A stretch of DNA of 62,976 bases, filler included, from Choristocarpus tenellus KU-1152 (taxonomy: Eukaryota > Protista > Phaeophyceae), in NCBI GenBank assembly GCA_964200185.2. It is 15 parts of 15 records of this genome, joined end to end, with 100 filler letters (N's around TTAATTAATTAA, not from the genome) between each part and the next. Parts side by side here need not be neighbours in the genome. Positions count along the whole stretch, not along the records: positions 34,780 to 42,305 come from CAXNAD020006019.1; positions 42,406 to 45,040 come from CAXNAD020026082.1; positions 45,141 to 47,935 come from CAXNAD020024692.1; positions 48,036 to 51,388 come from CAXNAD020020599.1; 11 more parts are not named here. One strand, 5' to 3'. The notes below the pieces were generated by a model that was not told the DNA's origin, made no database searches, and worked only from the letters and a program-made list of their open reading frames with translations. Position 1 is the first letter of the stretch. The number at the start of each line of letters is the position of its first letter. Of the stretch, positions 37,856-51,388 are shown one piece after another. The position numbers and the translations under genes were made by a program.

Positions 37856-40800
37856 ATGGCTGATTTTCAACGAGGACCAGATAATGGACGTCGCAGAGAC
37901 TTCAGGGGTGGTGAAAGGGGGAATTCCCAGCAGTGGGGTCGGAGTAGGGGAGGTATTAGACACAATAGGCAGGAATGGAGAGGTAGCAGAAACCACAATC
38001 ATGCTAGAAGGGGAGGAAGGGGAAGGTATATGGGGAACTCCAGTGACCGTGGATGGCAAGGTGCAAACACGCAGAGTGGAACGACTGAAAGCTCTCTCAG
38101 TGGACGTGGAGAAGAGTACTGGGAAGTGGATCATAGTACCTCATCTTGGCACTCTAATGCTGCCTTCGAGCAACGTACTGGGTTGTCTTTTTCTAGTGGT
38201 CAGATTCAGGGTTTCCAACCTTCCATCTATACAGCCAGCAGCACAAAACCTGCGCTTCTGCGAGAGGGTGTCTCCACGAAAGGTATTTGCGCACTGATGT
38301 GTCCCACCTCTGAAATGCTTGAGCGCGAGGCTGAGGGAGGACTCAGCGTCTATGAGGCGACAGAGGCGACTGCAAACCTACCCTCTCGCCAAAGGGTGGC
38401 AGACCCAGCCCGAGCCGTTAAGAAATATCGGCGCTCCGCAGCGGGAAGAGACATGTACCGGTGCGGAACTCATCTCTAGTGATAACAGTGCTTGAATTAA
38501 TTATCTCTGCCTACGTCTTGTTCATTGCAAAAATGTCTCACGAGCATCAATGGTTTTATTCCTCTAGGCATATTGTTCGTGTGCAAACCTTGCGTGGAGT
38601 TCACTGTTGCTTAGACAATGCATTAATGTCCATTCTTCCCATCACACTGGCAGCCCAGACCAGCTCCGACCACTGCCTGTTCTTGAAGCGACGGTTGACT
38701 ATCTCTTGGAGACCATCTACGCACAAGAACAAGATCAAGCCGCCGTCGGGTTCGTTGACCTTCGCCAGCAGTTTTAGTCTGGTGTTTTCAACTATGCCCT
38801 GCACTATCCCTTTGTATGTTTTGTGGTGTGTCTTGACGTAACACTTTATACTTTCATGAGGAGGGGATATCTTTGTATCTTTTGAATAGGTTAATCAGCA
38901 ATAGATTGCGGGACATGCAGAGAGGATTATCAAGCACCACAAGTCATGTCATTGCACTCATTTCGAGCATACAGCACCAGCAGCCTAGCCTTTGATTTCT
39001 TCCACTTACATCCTGAGTTATAGATGAATACTACTATAAGAGTTGAAGGTAGTGAACCTCGTTGTCTCACATCAACAACCTTTCCGTGAAACAAAGAAAC
39101 CAGCCTCTGAATTCAACAATACTCAACAGTGCTCAAGTTTTTGTGGAGCCCACTGGATCATGCCAAAATGAACAGCAGTAATAATACTGCTATTATAATA
39201 GTATCAGTAACATTCTCGCCTGTTAGAATAGCCCATATACTTCAAGGTCACGTGGACCCAACAGGATGGCACATGTCCACCCAGTAACATAGTAACCGTA
39301 ATTTATTTTGTAATTTATTTTTTATCACTACGATGTACAACAACAGCAATCCGGATTTTACCTGCAGAAAAGGCAGACAATGCGGAGGATCTTACGTGTT
39401 TGTGGAAGACAGACTGAGGGCAGTGAGGCAAGATGTAACTGTACAGGGCCTGGCGGGTCCTCCGGCAGCCAAGATGCTTCAAAAGATTGCCAACTTTTAC
39501 GTTCTGTCTGGGTACTTGATGTGTGAAGCGGTGAGTGCAGTCTTTACTCTGTGGTATTGCTCTTGTATTGTGGTTGCTCTCAAGCGCTGCAGCCATGTGT
39601 TGTGCCCGTAGCCAGCACAGTGTATGTTTGGTGCTCTGTGGCGACGCCAATAAACTGCCCTCATGCGTTTTGGATGGCTCGTGCGTTCTGCGTGTCAGGC
39701 TGACAGAGGATTAGCCCTGCGGTCACCTTGGTAAGTTTGAATCGTTTTTGCTATGGTGGTTGTGAACTGACGAAGTGCAGTGTGTGCATCGAGAGAGTTC
39801 CATCACCCCCTTTTGTTTGTAGAGAATTTTGCAGGCGAAGACGGACGGGAAAGGGTTTGGATCAATGTAACTGATTTGTAACTTCCGTTGTATTGTCATC
39901 GTAAGCCCCATTGACCAATCAAAACACCCGATGGACAAATGGAAATGAGCTGTTTCCGGGCTTGTTTCAGACTCGCAGGCTCACTTGTTTGAGGACTGTG
40001 TTACGTGCTTTGTAAGCGTGGTATGTATGTATATATGTATATAGGTATATATGGGAGGGGAAAAAAACAAACACCTCTGTTATCGCCAGGTCATCCGCAT
40101 AGACAGTCATGGCGGGGGACTAAGTGATGCGATAAAGGATTGATTCCACTCAACCATCCCTGCCTTCTTTGCCAAATATTGACTTCTTGCAAGAGTGATT
40201 TCGTACTGATAGATAGTCTTGCCAAGATCTGCTCAACTCCACCTGCTCGTTTTCAGACTGTTTCGTCCTACCTTTTTTTTTTCGTCTACCTTGAAAGGGT
40301 CGATGTTCTTTTTTCTTTTTTTTTTTGAGATTGTATTGAGAATGATTTCACGGTGAGTTAGGCCCTCTCAGGGGAGGAATCAATCGTTTCCTCTCTGTGT
40401 TAGAATGCTCCTGTGCTTCATCCTTCATAGTCCATTGCTGTAAGCACACTTGAAGTGTGCTTTTTGTTTGTGGTAGAACGCTCCTGTGCCTCATCCTTCA
40501 TAGTCCATTGCTGTAGGCACACTTGAAGAGAAGGGACTGGTCCGTATGTGGGGAAGGGACTGGTCCGTCTTTGCTGGTTGGCTTCTCTCGCCTGGATGAC
40601 TGTCTGCATTGGACATGATCTGTACAGACTGTGAGCGTTCTCGAGGATTATTCCTATGAGGTCATTCCCGACAATATGATACATTATTATTATTATCGTA
40701 CATTATTATCATTATCGTACATTATTATTATTATCATACATTATTATTATCGTACATTATTATCATTATCGTACATTATTATTATTATCATACATTATTA

Positions 40801-41843
40801 TTATCGTACATTATTATTATTATCATACATTACTATCATTATCGTACATTATTATCATTATCGTACATTATTATTGTGACTGTTGCTTGGAACTAGGGCT
40901 ATCGTTTATTATTACTTCACTGCGTTACTATTGCTATAATAATAATAATTAATAATAGTATTATTTACCCCCAATACTCTAGTGTATTATCATACACATT
41001 TCTCGAAACTATATTTTTTACTTTCACTTTTTCGCTGCATCATTATATTGCTCTGATTACTATTATCCCTAAAACTAATACACCATCAAGCGCATATTAC
41101 TTAGAACCAGGATATTTTTTTCTATTACTTCACTGTACTGCTATTGCTATTTTGTTTTGGCTTAGCGTGATACAGGCGATATATAAACCCTAACCCTAGC
41201 AACATACTTTGATGCTGGCACCCAATATGTTTATTCCACCTCTTCCTCCAAAGCAATGCGTGAGTGTGAACCACTCACATCCCTAACCCCAGGCGTGTCG
41301 GCAAGGGGTCAACATTTTGCAGCGACTGATGCACACTCTGAGAAAAAAAAAAATCTGATGGCGCACAGAAGGATTTGTAGATCACATCTTGATATTTTTT
41401 TATATTTCCCTCCACGTTTTTTGCTGTTATTACTACCCCGTTTTTATTGTTATTTTTGTTATTGTTAGTGGAAGAGACTTGCCCAATTTTGCATGCCTAG
41501 CACAGCTACTGTATGTGTGTGTTGGTCTGATATGTTTGTTGCTATGTTTGTTGCTATGTTTGTTGCTATGTTGATATGTTTGTTGATATGTTTGTTGTTA
41601 TGTTTGTTGCTATGTTTGTTGTTATGTTTGTTGATATGTCTGTTGTTATGTTTGTTATGTTTGTTGCTCCCTTACCTCCCACACTGCACATGTGACTTGC
41701 TGGACGCAAACCCTTGGACATAAACCATTGGAATTATTATCATTGTTATTCTTTTTGTCATGAAGACAGAAGGTTTCGATGATCACCTTCATGGAAAGGA
41801 GTTGCAGGCTGTGCTGGCTACCCTTCAGGAGATTTCATTTGAG
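37856..41843 (+). CDS. SAC3/GANP-family protein with an RG-rich N-terminus; partial
   Basis: Exons 37856-38460 (GICALMCP..ERE..AVKKYRRSAAG), 38654-38749 (LRPLPVLEATVDYL), 39368-39530 (YVFVEDRLRAVRQDVTVQ) and probably 41765-41843 (FDDHLHGKELQ). Confidence 0.88.
40680..40876. repeat. Intronic (ATT/ATC)-based minisatellite
   Basis: CATTATTATTATCGTA-like units. Other simple repeats lie at 41527-41666 (ATGTTTGTTGCT), 42672-42745 (GATAGRATAGGACAC), 43948-44066 (ACT)n and 47617-47657 (TC)n. Confidence 0.9.
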
Positions 41844-42442
41844 GTGACAAAACTTTTTTATTATTTGTTCTTACGACTTTGTTGATGGTACACCCAAATC
41901 TTTGATATTATTATTATTATTATTATTATTATTGGTATTTTTTGGTAATATGTTTTTTTTAAATTGTGCTCAGAGCGTTGTGTACTCGTAAGTCGTGTCC
42001 AAGGCATGATAGTGAAATAAAAAAAAATAGCCTCCCCGCGTTGGCAAATGTCAGTGTATTGATAAGGCGTTGCCGAGCCGAGGTGAATGTCCTCCGACAT
42101 TGAATGCACATTTGGCTTAGGGTTAGGGTTAGGGTTCCTGCCGAGAGACAAGTGGAAGACTGTTGTTCAGCCAGGCATGTATGATACAAATAGTTGTAGT
42201 TTTGGGGTGGGTGGGTGGGGGTGGGGGTGGGGGGGGGGGGGGGGGTCGGGGGAGGGGGGGGGGGCGTCGTTGTAGGGAAGAGATACTACAGGGGGGTGAA
42301 ACGTTNNNNNNNNNNNNNNNNNNNNNNNNNNNNNNNNNNNNNNNNNNNNTTAATTAATTAANNNNNNNNNNNNNNNNNNNNNNNNNNNNNNNNNNNNNNN
42401 NNNNNATGTATGTATGTATTAGTATTGGGGTATTTGTGTCAC

Positions 42443-44008
42443 CTTGTTGTACGAGGTGGAGTACTCGGCTCCACGCACGTTGGGACCGTCAAGAAGTTTG
42501 CTGTCATAAAACGCCTTCCTGTACATTAAAAAAACATAAAGAGAGAGCACCATGATCCCACCACGGGGAGAGGGTTGTTGTTTCGGAAGAGGAGGAAGTG
42601 AAAGGGGTTGGCAGGGGGGATGGGGATAGGACAATGGGTTGAGCAAATCAGGTCGCGATTTTGAGTCGCGATGATAGAATAGGACACGATAGGATAGGAC
42701 ACGATAGGATAGGACACGATAGAATAGGACATGATAGAATAGGACATTTGATGAGACATTTGATCGATAGGTTGTAGTTGTCATCAGGTTGTGGTCAAAT
42801 GGAATGAGGCACTGGCGGCCTGCTCTCTGTACTGCGTAACTGTTGTTGAGAAAAAATATATATATGTAACTGTCACCTAGACCTCTGTACTGTGTTAAAA
42901 AAAACATGCTGATACCTAGCAATGCCTTCCCAGATCGCTCTGCTAACCCTAACCCTAACCCTAACCCTAAGTATTAAAAAAATATGAAAAAAACATCTGT
43001 TTCATTGGACCTCCATATGCACACACTATCACTATTATTATTATTATTATTATTGTTTTATTATTTTTAGTATTACTATTATTATGATCATTAGTATCAT
43101 TGCTATCGTGACCGTTTGATTATTCTTAGTATTACCATTATCATGATTATTATTATTATTACTTATATTGTTGTTAATATACTGTGCAATAAAAAAAATC
43201 ATCACAGAGCGCATCATGAATACCTTACAATCCAGTCTACTACTCTTGTTCTTACTTGTTATTAATATCCCAATCAATAATTTACTATTATTCCATACTA
43301 AATACACTACAGTTATCACTCAAAAAGCTCGTGAACGCCTCCTTTCTCTCACTGTCTCTTGATTACTATATATATACATATATTCCTACAATACATCAAA
43401 ATCATCACTCACACACTATATTATAAAAAAATTAATGAATTCAGGCACAAAAATTCTTCGATAATTTTTGCACCTCATAACAAATATATAAAATATGTGT
43501 AATTTTAGATCCTTATTTGGAAGAGTTAAATCCCTCCAAAAAATAATCAGCAATCTTTTCTTTTTTTTACTGGAAACACATTGGCACTATCCAGCACACA
43601 CTAGTTGTACTCTCAAGCAGAAACATACCCTGTCTTTCATGAAGCTTAGTTGTACTAAAACAATAAACGACCAACTCTTTAAACCCCTGCCCCCCATGAC
43701 AAGAGACTCTCAGAAAATTCCTGCAGGTAGTAGAGGTCAACATCCCAGATCCCTTACAAACTGTAGATACCACTTCAGCAGTCCAACGCACTTTACCTTT
43801 GTTTAAACACATTACATAGTACGTGAATACCAAAGGAAACAAACTTTCTCCTAGTTTTGACAGTTACATAACAGCAAGCAAAGAAAAAACTCCCTAAAAC
43901 ATAAAAAAAAGCCTGAATTTCCTATTATTATTAGGACAACACAACAGCTACTAGTACTACTGCTACTACTACCACTACTACTACCACTACCACCACCACT
44001 GCTACTAT

Positions 44009-44040
<32 letters not shown>

Positions 44041-44287
44041 TCACTACTACTATTACTACTACTACTAATGGTAATGGTAATTCAATCTTGTGAGTCTTTG
44101 CCTGGGAAAGGATGAGATGATGGGGTGCATCCGGTACTGAGTGTCCAACATGTGTACAGGGTGTGAACACGCCTCCAGCCTTTGGAACAGACTCCGATCA
44201 TACTGTGTCAGACGTCCACCCTGTGAGAAGACCGTCGCCGGAAGCTGATTTGGATCACCCACCAGCACACAGTGCCGACTACCGAGC
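42443..44287 (-). CDS. Senataxin/SEN1-UPF1-like SF1 helicase, two internal exons
   Basis: Exon 44287-44102 (CVLVGDPNQLPATVFS..RSLFQRL..MLDTQYRMHPIISSFP) joins via a GC-AG intron to exon 42518-42443 (AFYDSKLLDGPNV). Confidence 0.9.
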
Positions 44288-45430
44288 CTGGTAAGTTTTA
44301 ATTTTTTATTCAATTAACACACACACAAACATATACATACATACATACACACACATACACACACACACACACAACACAAAAAAGATACGAGGTCAGCATC
44401 AATCAGGGCACGGTTCAATTGAACGGGTGTTTTTTTGCGTAAAATAGAAATAAGAAAAAAAAAACACAAAACAGAAGGTCAGCATCGGAGCCCAGCTTAA
44501 GAACAGTTACTTCATTTATTTATTTTAAAGAACTTAAAAAGAGAAAAAAAAGAAGAGAGAAAAAAGAAAAGAAAGAGAGAGACGGACCTCCCTTCGAAAA
44601 AGAAGAGGTCTTACAATGGTGTGCAGATCTGACAATGGAATGCATGAGGGGGCTTCTGAGCTGTTTGTATCACGCAGGCATTTCATTGTAAGACATTTCA
44701 TGCTCCACCCACTAATTAATTGTATGTAGCGATGTGAACGCAATGAGGGCTTACTTAGGGTTAGGGAGGGGATTGCACCAACAGTACAGGGAGCAAAACG
44801 GTATTGGCGGTGGAGTTAACTGATTGGGATAGTGTACAGGCTTTGAACAACCTTACACCGGTAGTAATATAAATAATATACCACCATGCCGCCATACCAT
44901 CATACCAACTCCCCCGTGTTCAGCCATCAGCAACTCAAATCTCCTCTCACTCAACACTGAAAAAAAAAAAAACTGATGAAGCGGTACCTCCCTCAAAAAC
45001 AAGAAACTTTACCTTTTTTTGTGTATTCCTTTTAAAATAANNNNNNNNNNNNNNNNNNNNNNNNNNNNNNNNNNNNNNNNNNNNTTAATTAATTAANNNN
45101 NNNNNNNNNNNNNNNNNNNNNNNNNNNNNNNNNNNNNNNNGTGTAGATATTTTTTATTATTTTTATCTTTGGTTTTTTGTTTTTTTTTTGTGTTTTTTTT
45201 GTGGTGGAAAAGGGGGGGGGGCACGAGGTCTGTAAGATGATTTTTTGTTTTTTGAACAACAGTGATGCAAGACCTGCTAATACTTGTCAGGCAATATATA
45301 TATATATATATATCACAATCACCATTTTATTCCATCCCCTCCCCCCCACCTCTATCTCAAGTCTCTGTTGTCACCTCCTCTGCAACAACAGCAGCCCACG
45401 AACATCCCTCCACCTCTGTATTCCTGACAG

Positions 45431-47611
45431 GAAAATGGATGAACCAGATGTACAGGACTTGGTACAGCCAGCAGCTGGTGTACACCTGATGCTTCCAGAC
45501 CACTTCAGCCCTGCCAGGATGGGTCTAATTGTTCCAAAGACTACCGATGGGAGGTAATTGTTCCAAGCAAGCCATAACCCTAACTCTAGCCCCTAGTTTA
45601 TGTGACATGTAAGGGGTATAGTCAGTCGTGAGTGAAAGTATCTTAGGGGGTATAGTCAGTCGCGAGTGAAAGTATCTTAGGGGGTATAGTGACATGTAAG
45701 GGGTATAGTGACATGTAAGGGGTATAGTCAGTCGCGATTTTTGCCCTGTTTGTGCGTTTGGGGCTTGACTTCCCACAGTTTTTTTTTCTGTGACATTTTA
45801 CCTACTCCAAAATGTTTCAGAGTAGGCAAAATGTATACATTACGAAAAGGTTTGTCCGGAACAATGATATTGACAGTTACTTCCTAACACACACGATAGC
45901 CAAAATTACATCAAAATCGCAGCACTGGATTTTGGCCCCCAAATGGACGCGGCTCTACCCTAACCCTAAGATACTTTGACTCTCGCCACGTTCAATGACA
46001 AGAAAGGACACTTTGTTACTAGTGTCTGTTGTTGATATTGAAAAACATAGGTATGTAGGTGCATAGTATGGTACCGGGTATATGATGTGTATTGACGTAC
46101 CTGCACGAAAGAGTTAAAAAAGAAAATAAGAAGTTGATAGAAGCGCAGGCAGGCGGTGTCGTGTACGGTGTAAGTCGATACGCCCCAATTTTGCTTTTGC
46201 TTTTGCTTTTGCTTTTGTTTTTTGTTTTTTGTTTTGAGGGTATTGACGGCAATGGACGGGTGTGTTTCAAATTTTCTCGCAAGAGTAGAGGGGACGGTGC
46301 TATTGAAGTAGTAGTCAGTATATTATTATACACTCCCCCTGTTTGGGTTGATTTAACACCTACGAGTTCGGAAGGGTGGTATGCCACACCCTGGGACAAT
46401 GATGGTCTGGGAAGATGGAGATATGTTTTTTATACGTTGTCATTAAGCTTACTTTAAAATTTGATGGAAGACGACTCGATGTACCCCACGCTCCAATAGT
46501 CTTTTCATCCCGCAGGAACACCACTCCCTTACCATTGAACACCACTCCCTTGGCCACCAAAGACGCATCTACATGCACTAGTATCTGATTATCCTCCTGC
46601 ACCCTGCGCACTCCCCTTACGTTGTTATCACCTAATTGGTTCAACACAGCCTTGTACCGTGCTAAGAGACTCAGCCAGACCTTGTCACGGGTTGCAGTAT
46701 CACATACAGTATCACATACAGTATCACATATAGTAATTGATACTCTTTGTATCTCTTCACGACTACTGTTAGTGTTGTATAAGTTCCTCAGTGTTGTCCA
46801 AGCGAAGGCACCCTGGTGTGTTGTTAAATGTCTGTCTGCAGAGGGTGGAAGAATCCAAGGTCCATGTTGTTGTTAAATGTTGTTAAATGTTGTTAAGTGT
46901 TCAAATCCGGCGACTGTGCGGGGTCACTTGAGCACACGTATCGATGAGCCTCTTGCAGTGGCATTGCAATCGCCCACTGCTTTCTCGGCAGATGTATGTG
47001 GCATTGCATTGTTTGGCATTGCATTGTTTGGCATTGCTAAAGAAGGAAAACAATGCCCTTATAACAATGTCCTTATAACAATGGTAACCGGCACGGACGA
47101 GACGCTAAAGCCGGCAAGACCTTCTAACCCTAACCCTAAGACTTTCTCTGGGAGGGTTTTCTCGTAAATCTCAGCCGATCTTGAGAGTTTGAAATATCTC
47201 AATAGGAAGGCGTGTTGCAATCAAATGTAACTGCCGATTTTACGGTTTCAGACCAATTTTCACACCCTGCAACAAACGTCCTCTACCTTCACCGCCGCCA
47301 TCCTCGATAACGCCAAACCCTCAGGCGTTGCTTAGGGGCTTGTTTGAAAGCTCATGGTTTTGTCCATTAAGTACATTAACTTAATACATTAACTTAGTAC
47401 ATTAACATGTGTATTGCCGAACTATAACTTAGGACACCCAAGACAGGGGCCGCACACCCCCAAGACATAGGTGAGGGGATTAGGGTTAAGGCATGGGCAA
47501 TATCTAGAAAGCGCGCTCATTTATTTTTTTCCAATCAAATTTTGTTCGTTCAAACTGTCATTGATTGACAGTGATTGATTTTGTTCACTGTAAAGAGTCT
47601 TGACCCTTGAC

Positions 47612-47661
<50 letters not shown>

Positions 47662-47820
47662 ATTTTGTCTTGTGTGTGTTGATGTCTACTCTTTGTCAAC
47701 AGAGTGCTGTTCTTTTTGCCATGGGAGGGTGCTACTATTGTGGGCACAACCGACTCTGCCTCAAAGCTGACCATGACACCCCAGCCAACGGATGAGGAGG
47801 TCAACTTCATCATTAAGGCA
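45431..47820 (+). CDS. GPD2: FAD-dependent (mitochondrial) glycerol-3-phosphate dehydrogenase, two internal exons
   Basis: Exon 45431-45553 (AGVHLMLPDHFSPARMGLIVPKTTDGR) joins in phase to exon 47703-~47820 (VLFFLPWEGATIVGTTDS..DEEVNFI). Confidence 0.92.
45664..45982. mobile_element. MITE family A copy with a rearranged left end, in the GPD2 intron
   Basis: Family A TIRs and a 4-bp TSD TCGC, with short flank/TIR duplications across 45601-45736. Confidence 0.85.
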
Positions 47821-48102
47821 AGGTGTCGGCAGTAGCCAAAGGGTGTCAGTGTATTCATAATATGGTCAAGGGTTAGGGTGCGCCAAACGCATCTTGGATT
47901 CAATTTTTTTTGTTTTGTCCTTGTAAATGGGGGGGNNNNNNNNNNNNNNNNNNNNNNNNNNNNNNNNNNNNNNNNNNNNTTAATTAATTAANNNNNNNNN
48001 NNNNNNNNNNNNNNNNNNNNNNNNNNNNNNNNNNNCAAAATTATAACATTGGATTTTGGCCCCCAAATGGACGCGGCCCTACCCTCTAAGATACTTTGAC
48101 TC

Positions 48103-49560
48103 ATTGCCTGCCTTCCCTCCACGATCACCGAGTTTCACCTGTGTGGGCCCATGGACGTAGCACTCGTCCCCGAAAATAAGAGAAGCGGCCCCTTTACCGG
48201 CCTTCACGAGCCTGAACCCGTGATCGTAAATGACTTGGGTTAGGATTTGCGTCTGCACTCGATACTGTGCAGAAGCAGGTTTCGTTGCAGATCGTAGGAG
48301 CTCGGTGACGCACGCCTCCATGAAGGCTTCGGTGATCCCCACATCGGATGCATCACCGGAGTCGGTCGCGTCCTGTGTGACGCAATCCTCCTCACCACGA
48401 GATGATCTTTGGTCATCATCGTCGTCCCTCGATGTGGGTGAACATGGATGTACCGTGCACCTGCCCATTTTGGCAGAAGCGAAGACGTCGTTGAGGAAGT
48501 CATGTTCTAATGCGCTGCCATCAGGATCAACAGGCTGTTTGAAACGTCTCGTCTGTCCAGCATCTTCTCTCGCCCTCTTTTTCCTAATTAGTGTCCTAGA
48601 ACCCTGGACTTCACCCTCTTCGGAAGGCTTGCCCCTCTCGGTTGTGGAACTGTCACGGTTCTCACTTGGCCTCACACCATGGTCGTACATGTTCCAAGGC
48701 ACCTTTGCATCATCGTCGCTGCTGCCTACCGAATGGGCGTTCGGGGAAATCCCTGTGTCACTCTGGACAGGCGTGGACTCAGGACACCATCCAGTGGAAT
48801 ATGTCGAGAATGTTGGGCACATGCGACATACTGGCCGCCACACTCTCTCCTATCGAAATGGATTCAGCCTTTATGCGGTTGCAGTCGGATAGATCTTCCA
48901 CATGAAGCTCCTGTTATCGCCTACCTGGAGGTTCACTCCGACGTCCGAGGCCCATCACGCTGTGACATGCAGCGGGAGGTTGATGCCACCTGGGACATTG
49001 TCCTCGTGCGCGACGCAATGGATTGTCCTCAGAACCATTATGTGGTGTTGTCCATTCAGGCAAAATAAGAGGTTGTCGTCGTCATATGTATCCCTCTTGT
49101 CGCCATTCTTGTCTACATCGAGGTTGCCGTTGGTGATGTAGCTTGCAAGTAGTTCGCCATCAGGCACACCAGAGGGCACGTTCGCCCTGCGCATGTCGGC
49201 TTTCATGTCGCTTATGGTCTTCCATCTGTAGTACATGGAAAAAGGCTGTCCACTCAGGATACCCGCAAGCCTATCGGCAGCGACAACTGGGTCCGGTCCT
49301 AGCTTGGAGAACATAGACTCCACTCGATCGGTGTCCAGGAGGTTAGCATTATACCTCTGTGTCATGTAGGCAGACGTTGCAAGGTCCATCGTGCAGGTCG
49401 CGCTGATGTTGGACGTTACAATGTATGTGGTATTTTGGTCTTCATTAGTTTTCAGGCCTCCGGCCGGCTGTCTGTGAGGACGGAGGGGAATGTTGGGACA
49501 ATGGTATCAGCGAAGATCAATGATGTCCACGCAGGGGTGGATGAGACGGTTAGCCGAGCG
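48103..49560 (-). pseudogene. ParB/DGQHR-like protein paralogue 1 with a downstream acidic/NLS-like region
   Basis: QRYNANLLDTDRVESM..LFCLNGQHHIMVLR..WKIYP..KAESISIG; in-frame TGA at 48957 and a frameshift near 48890. Clearly homologous to 54165-55308 and 61408-62480. Confidence 0.7.
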
Positions 49561-50695
49561 CATGAAGGGTGTCTTTATATGAACAGTGGTGGACCATGTG
49601 ATTAATGATGACGCGGGTTCTGCACGGAGTGCAGTGTTCGTGTCCGTGCGTGGGCTATGCAAAGGAGATATGTAAAGAGCGTAGCGATTGCGTGGAAATG
49701 TTGACGGCGTAACACTTTCCTACCAGGTAGCTATTTACTAAGAAATATGAAACTGTTAACGCAGTCGACTTGGGATGAATATGAATATGAATAAAATACG
49801 TACCAATATCGGACGCAACCTGGTGTGAATTTACGCGCAGATCAAGGTCAGATATAGCAGGGGCAATCATGCACAGGTTTGCGCTTGACACTAGGCTGAT
49901 AATAATGAATGGATTTCATGTGTTCTGACCAACAGCAAAGGCGATCAAATAAAGCAGCGCAGCTAGACGGTCGAGGGTGTGTGTGTCGATTTGAACTTGT
50001 AACAACCCGTGCAGATGAACATAACGTCGAACCGAGAAAGTGATCGATCAACATGAAAGGAATTTACGTGTTGACCCGGATTGGATGTTGGGAGAGGAAT
50101 TACGCTCGGGTTTGCGCTTGACATTAGGCTGAGTATAATGAAAGATTTTTATGTGTTCTGACCAACAGCAGAGGCCATCAAATTCCGTAGCACCGCCAAA
50201 ACGGTTCGGGATGTGTATGTATATTTCCGATTTGAACCTTATCGGAAATGTTCCAATAGTATCGGAGCCCTTACATGCACGTATCGAAGGTGTTACCACG
50301 TCATCCTGGACGGACGAATGTCGTGGCGCGCGAAATTGCATGGTGGAATCTTCCTTCTATTTCGAATCAATTGTCTGATTACTCCCCTCGAAATTGACAG
50401 CAACACATGTTCCAAATTTCGAAAAAGGTTCGGTCGAATTCGCTGTAGCCCTTTCGTCTTGGAGGCTTTCAATTTATTCTATGACTACATTTTTGATCCG
50501 AGGTGAAATCTGTAAATTGCGGATTTGGATAAGTGTTGAAAATGTGGGTTATTTATTTTTCTCGGGGCTAGGGTTGGTATCATGAGTGCTGGTCGAAATA
50601 TGTTAGTGGTAGGGTCGCGTTCATTTTGTGCGATCGAATTCAAATGTTGCTTTTTTGCTATCATTATTGCCCTCTTTATTTTTCGATACGTAAAT

Positions 50696-50953
50696 GAGCC
50701 AAAGTATCTTAGAGGGTAGAGCCGCGTCCATTTAGGGGCCAAAATTCAATGTTGCGATTTTGATGTAATTTGGGCATCGTGTTGGTTAGGAAGGGTCAAT
50801 ATCCATGTTCTGGACACACCTTTTCATAACGTACATATTTTACCTACTCCGAAACATTTCGGGGTAGGAAAATGTCATAAAAACCTCCATGGGAAGCCAA
50901 GCCCCAAATGGACAAACAGGGCAAAACTCGTACCCTCTAAGATACTTTCACTC
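50696..50953. mobile_element. MITE family A, full copy
   Basis: Family A TIRs; 3-bp TSD AAT. Confidence 0.92.
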
Positions 50954-51109
50954 AATATAACCACATGACCAACACTCCTTTCCCATAGTGTAGACATTGT
51001 ACATCTCCAAAAAAGGTTTGGAGCAAAGTTACAAAGTCCTTCAAAAACTGTGTCCAGTGGAGCCCCAAAAGGACAGACAGGGAAAACTGGTGGTGCCCTG
51101 TAACATTGA

Positions 51110-51388
51110 GCATCGAATCTACAAATGCCGGAATCTCCACCGTGGACAGGTTGTGTGTACACGCTTTGGACCACAAATAATTACAGGGCATCGAATCTAA
51201 AATGGCGATATCGCCACCGTGGCGAGGTGGTGTGTACACGATTGGGACCACAAATAATTACCGTTCTTCGGATCTAAAAACGGTGATATCACCACCATGG
51301 ACGGGTGGTGAGTACACGGATGGGACCACAAATAATTACAGGGCATCGAATCCAATAATGGTGATGTAACCACCATGGACGGGTGGTG
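51110..51388. repeat. 77-78 bp tandem repeat (at least 3.6 units, runs into the contig end)
   Basis: GGACCACAAATAATTAC recurs at 51168, 51245 and 51323. Confidence 0.9.

Noticed and set aside
40631-44170. Low-complexity ORFs (poly-I/Y, LLCL repeats, poly-V)
   Set aside because: Translations of intronic microsatellites.
48230-48892. Long plus-strand ORFs opposite the ParB-like loci (also 61418-61984)
   Set aside because: Antisense shadows of the minus-strand coding remnants.
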